Source: Mobula birostris
Lineage: Eukaryota
Direction of reading: 5' to 3'
DNA length: 64,000 bases
Assembly (NCBI RefSeq): GCF_030028105.1
Contig: NC_092398.1
Coordinates: 25,683,649-25,747,648 of the forward strand
The stretch's first letter is position 1. Every line of letters begins with the position of its first letter. The notes beneath the pieces were generated by a model. It saw only the letters and a list, made by a program, of their open reading frames with translations, was not told where the DNA came from and searched no databases. Of the stretch, positions 60,284-64,000 are shown in pieces. The position numbers and the translations under genes were made by a program.

Positions 60284-61919
60284 CTAATGAGGAAAGGTTG
60301 AGCGAGCCAGGGCTTTTCTCTTTGGAGCAGAGGATGAGGAGTGACTTGGCAGAAATGGCAAATACAAGAGGAAAATAATTTTATGATGAGTGGAGGAAAG
60401 CGTAAGGGAGATGTCAGAGAGTTTTATACACAGAGCATGGTGTTGTGTGCTGTCAGGGGTGATTGTAAAAGCAGAGGAGGAAGGCCTTGATAGAGTGGAT
60501 ATTTCCAAAGGTGAAAAGAGTCTAAGTCCTGAGGACACAGCCTCAGAATAGAGGGACGTCCTTTTAGAACGGAGATGAGGAGGAATTTCTTTAGCCAGAG
60601 AGTGATGAAGCTGTGGAATTCGTTGCCACAAGCGCCTGTGGAGGCCAAGTCTTTAGGTAAATTTAAGGCAAGAGATTGATAGATTCTTGATTAGTTAGGG
60701 CATGAAGGGATACAGGGAGAAGGTAGGAGAATGGGGTTGAGAAGGTAAATGGATTAGCCATGATGAAATAGCAGAAGCCGACTCGATGGGCCAAATGGCC
60801 TAATTCTGCTCCTATATCTTCTGGTCATACATTGGAGCATTTGAGGAACCCTTTGAAAAGCACATGGATGATAGAAAAATGGGGAGTTATGTGGGAGGAG
60901 AGGGGAGGGTAGATTCATCTTGGAGTAGATTGAAAGGTCAGCACAACATCGTGGGCCGAAGGGCCTGTAATGTGCTGGAACATTCAAATGGATGTTCTCA
61001 ATGTAGACCATCAGGAGGGCACCATGGTCAGCACAGACAATGAAGGGCAGAAGGGACTGTTTCCATTCTGACCCCACCTCCTCCCGGAGGCAGGGGATTA
61101 CAAATGGAGGGGAGAGAGCGCATGGGGCTAGATAGACCCAAAACCCAGTCCCAGAGAGAAAGGTGTTCACATCTGATATTGGGGTCTTACTGAGAACAGA
61201 CTGTGGAGCACTCCTGAGCGAGAGGGGGTGAGGGATTATCGCCGCGGGTATGCCAAGGGGAAATGGGGCATGCAGGCGGAGTGGCTCAGTGGAATGGAGG
61301 CAGGTGAAGCCTCGTGTCATACAGTAGTCAGCCCCCTTGCTCGCAGTCCACGCCCCTGGGACGTGCATGCGCCATTCCCCCCCCCCCACAAACACACAAT
61401 CAAACCCCACCCCTTTCTGAATGGTCAGCAAGCTGTTAAATTCACTGATCTAGCACAGACTAGATAGGCCGAATGGCCTGCTGTAGTGCTCTGCGACGCT
61501 CCTCAGCCCACGTCCCCTCGGGCTCCCCGCTCACCCGGTGATCTACTGGTTCCGGGATTGAATGCACTCAGCTACTGAGGGTCCCAACAGGGAGTGTGGG
61601 GGTGGGGGAATTGTGAAGATTTCCCCACCCCTCACGGGTGAGAGAGCTTCTCCCACCCCCACCCCCTTCCCGGCGTTCCATGTCCGTCCCATCTACTATC
61701 GAGCCCCTGCAATACGTCTAGAATAGGGGAGGTCTCTCTCTGCCTGGGATCCAGGGCACAGAGCAGTGCTGTGCGACAGGCCCCTCAGCTAGTTCACAAA
61801 CAGCCCTCTCCCTTCCCCTCCCACACCTGGAGGACTCCCTGCTCAGTGTAGGTATGGAATATGCGAGGCAACGCACTTCACTGTTATGTTTCGATGCACA
61901 GAGACCAATTGAGGGCTAT

Positions 61920-62310
61920 GTAGGAGGGATGTGTGGTGGGGTGGAGATACGTCTCTACCAGAGAAGGTGTAAGGTGCTCCTTCCCTCTGCTAGCCTGCAG
62001 GCCACCCTTGGGCAAGGTGTAGCACCCGCTTAGCCCCTCGATCAGAGTCATGGGAACCACGGGAGCAGATGGTGGACGATCATGAGTAGCTGGTGTATAA
62101 TCACAAGTCCTGGTTATGCGACTGGTGACGCCAGGTAGACAATCTCTGAAGAGTATTGATAATGGCTGGGGGTCACCTATCTTGTAAAGACACTGCCCAG
62201 AAGGCAGCAATGGCAAACCACTTCTGTAGAAAGATTTGCCGAGAATAATTGTGGTCATGGATAAACCATGATCGCCCACGTCATACGACACAGCACCTAA
62301 TGATTTCATG
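61920..62310 (+). mobile_element. RTE-related non-autonomous retroposon/SINE
   Basis: 3' end GGCAAACCACTTCTG...TTTGCC.AGAA...CGTCATACGACAC followed by degenerate (ATG)n, resembling RTE-clade tails. Confidence 0.45.
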
Positions 62311-63056
62311 TGACACAGCAAATAATGATGTCATACTATACATCACATAATGATGACATCATACACATAATGATGGCGATGATGTAGGAGGGGAGGGTCA
62401 AATTGATCTCAAAGAGTACTGTTCTATGTTAAAAATTTAGAAGAATATTGTTGGGACTTGAGAACCTGAGTTACAGAGAAATAGGTTAGGACTTTATTCT
62501 CTGAAGAGTAGGAGATTGAGGGGAGATTGATAGAGGTGTACAAAATTATGAGGGGTACAAAATTATAGGGTAAATGCAAGCAGGCTTTTTCCCCTGAGGT
62601 TAGGTGAGACTAAAACTAGAGGTCACAGGTTTAGGGTGAAAGGTGAAATATTTAAGGGGAACCTGAGGCAGAAACGGCTTAACTCAGTGTGGAACGAGCT
62701 GCCAGCAGAAGTGGTGGATGCAACACGGGGAGAAGTTTGGACAGGTACATGGATGGAGGGGTATGGAAGCTTGTGGTATAGGTGTGCTTCAATGGGTCCA
62801 GGCAGAATAAAAGTTCAGCACAGATTAGAGGGGCCAAAGGGCCTGTTTCTGTGCTGTAGTGCTCTGTGAGACAAGTTTAATCTTCTAATCCTCTTGATTT
62901 AATTTTCCTCCAGTTGAGGCTTCCGGTGACACCATGATTCAGTATTGACCTGCCTCGCATTCCCTCCCATGAAACTCCAGGAATAATAGCTGTTACGTTA
63001 CTTTTGACCATCTGTGAAAGACATTTTTTCCAAGTAAATGGTACAGGAACACGAGT

Positions 63057-64000
63057 ATGGCATCTCTGACTTCAAAACACACTGGAAAACAGGAAATACA
63101 AAGAGAAAGCAAAGACAAAAAGATACAGCAAGCTCCAGAACAGGCCGAAGCTAGCAAAGACGACGAGGAGAAAGATATGGCCGTGATACTATGCGAGTTG
63201 AAAGAGCTGAGAAAAGAAAATCGAGAGAGTCATTTTCAGACATCAAGGCATCCCTATCTAGACTGGAGACCTTGGTGATAGACCTGAAGGAACGACTGGA
63301 CCTACTTGAGCAGAGATCTGCCGAGTCTGAGTCCAGAATTAGGGCTAACGAGGACGCATGTTTCTGGCATGAGAGAGCACTTAAATACCTGTTGAAGTGA
63401 GAAGCCGCTCTCACCGCAGCTTGCGATGATCTCCAGAACCGCTTACGAAGAAATAACCTAAGAATTTATCAGATACCCGAGGGTAGTGAGAAAGGAGACA
63501 TGGTGGGGTTTGTCAAACAGTTAATTAAAGTGACGCTTCGGCTGCCAGAGGACTTAAATTTACACATTGAGAGAGGCCACTGATCGCTGATCACAGAGCC
63601 GGCGCCCTCTGCACCACCGCGCTCCGTCATTGTGCGATTATACTGTAAAAGAGACAGTACTGCGTCAAACATGGGCTCAAAAACAAGTCACGTTTCAAGG
63701 CAGAGTCATCTATTTTGATCAGGACGACTCTCCCGAGGTCCAGGAAAGAAGAGCAGCAAAAGGCCGCGCGCCGTGATCAAACAGCTAAAGGAGGAAGGTG
63801 GGCAGGCAAGTTGTCGCTTCCCAGCGCAGCTGAGAGTAAACTCGGATGCTGGAGTGAAGACCTTTCCTTCCCTGACTGAAGCTTTACCCACACTGAACAA
63901 CCTGGGCGTCTCCGTGCCGGTGAGCGGGAGGGAGAAGCTGGAACAGCGGCTCATCAGCGAGGTGTGGCGGGTACAGCGGAGGGGGCGAGGAGGAGGAAGC
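63057..64000 (+). mobile_element. LINE-1-clade ORF1 relic (coiled coil + RRM-like domain), disrupted
   Basis: Heptad region SDIKASLSRLE..DLKERLDLLEQR followed by DLQNRLRRNNLRIYQIPEGSE..F...L.IER.H...PPRSVIVR; in-frame stops and frameshifts. Confidence 0.8.

Noticed and set aside
61500-61620. Possible small minus-strand exon ending CCGG|GTGAGC
   Set aside because: Good-looking donor but no recognisable peptide or partner exons; cannot be supported without transcripts.

Overview
Vertebrate genomic DNA, very probably a cartilaginous fish (ray/shark-type repeat landscape: CR1 LINEs, V-type SINEs, Penelope, Tc1/mariner, Rex1-like, Gypsy relics); no prokaryotic features. Left ~39 kb: a tandem segmental-duplication array (units of ~12-15 kb) carrying three intact single-coding-exon class A GPCRs of the chemoattractant group (C3aR/C5aR/CMKLR1/FPR-like; 7003-7959, 21824-22765, 30876-31832, all +) and one 3'-half pseudogene (25231-25575). 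These receptors are atypical: DRY is replaced by CRC, the TM3-ECL2 disulfide cysteines are absent, ECL2 is very short and the ligand-anchoring Arg5.42 is Trp. Two units also carry decayed copies of the promoter/exon 1 of the neighbouring gene LAGE3. Right part: intact 3-exon LAGE3 (KEOPS subunit, +, 40406-43253, 97 aa), whose intron 1 has minor-spliceosome (U12) signals, convergent with an intact 207-aa Rab7a-like gene (-, 45559-53067) that has one fewer coding intron than human RAB7A. The remainder is transposon debris, including a hAT MITE with 8-bp TSD, a mariner MITE with an inverted-duplicated flank, a CR1-derived 42-bp minisatellite and an L1 ORF1 relic. All comparisons were done by eye; family names are from motif recognition, not database searches.
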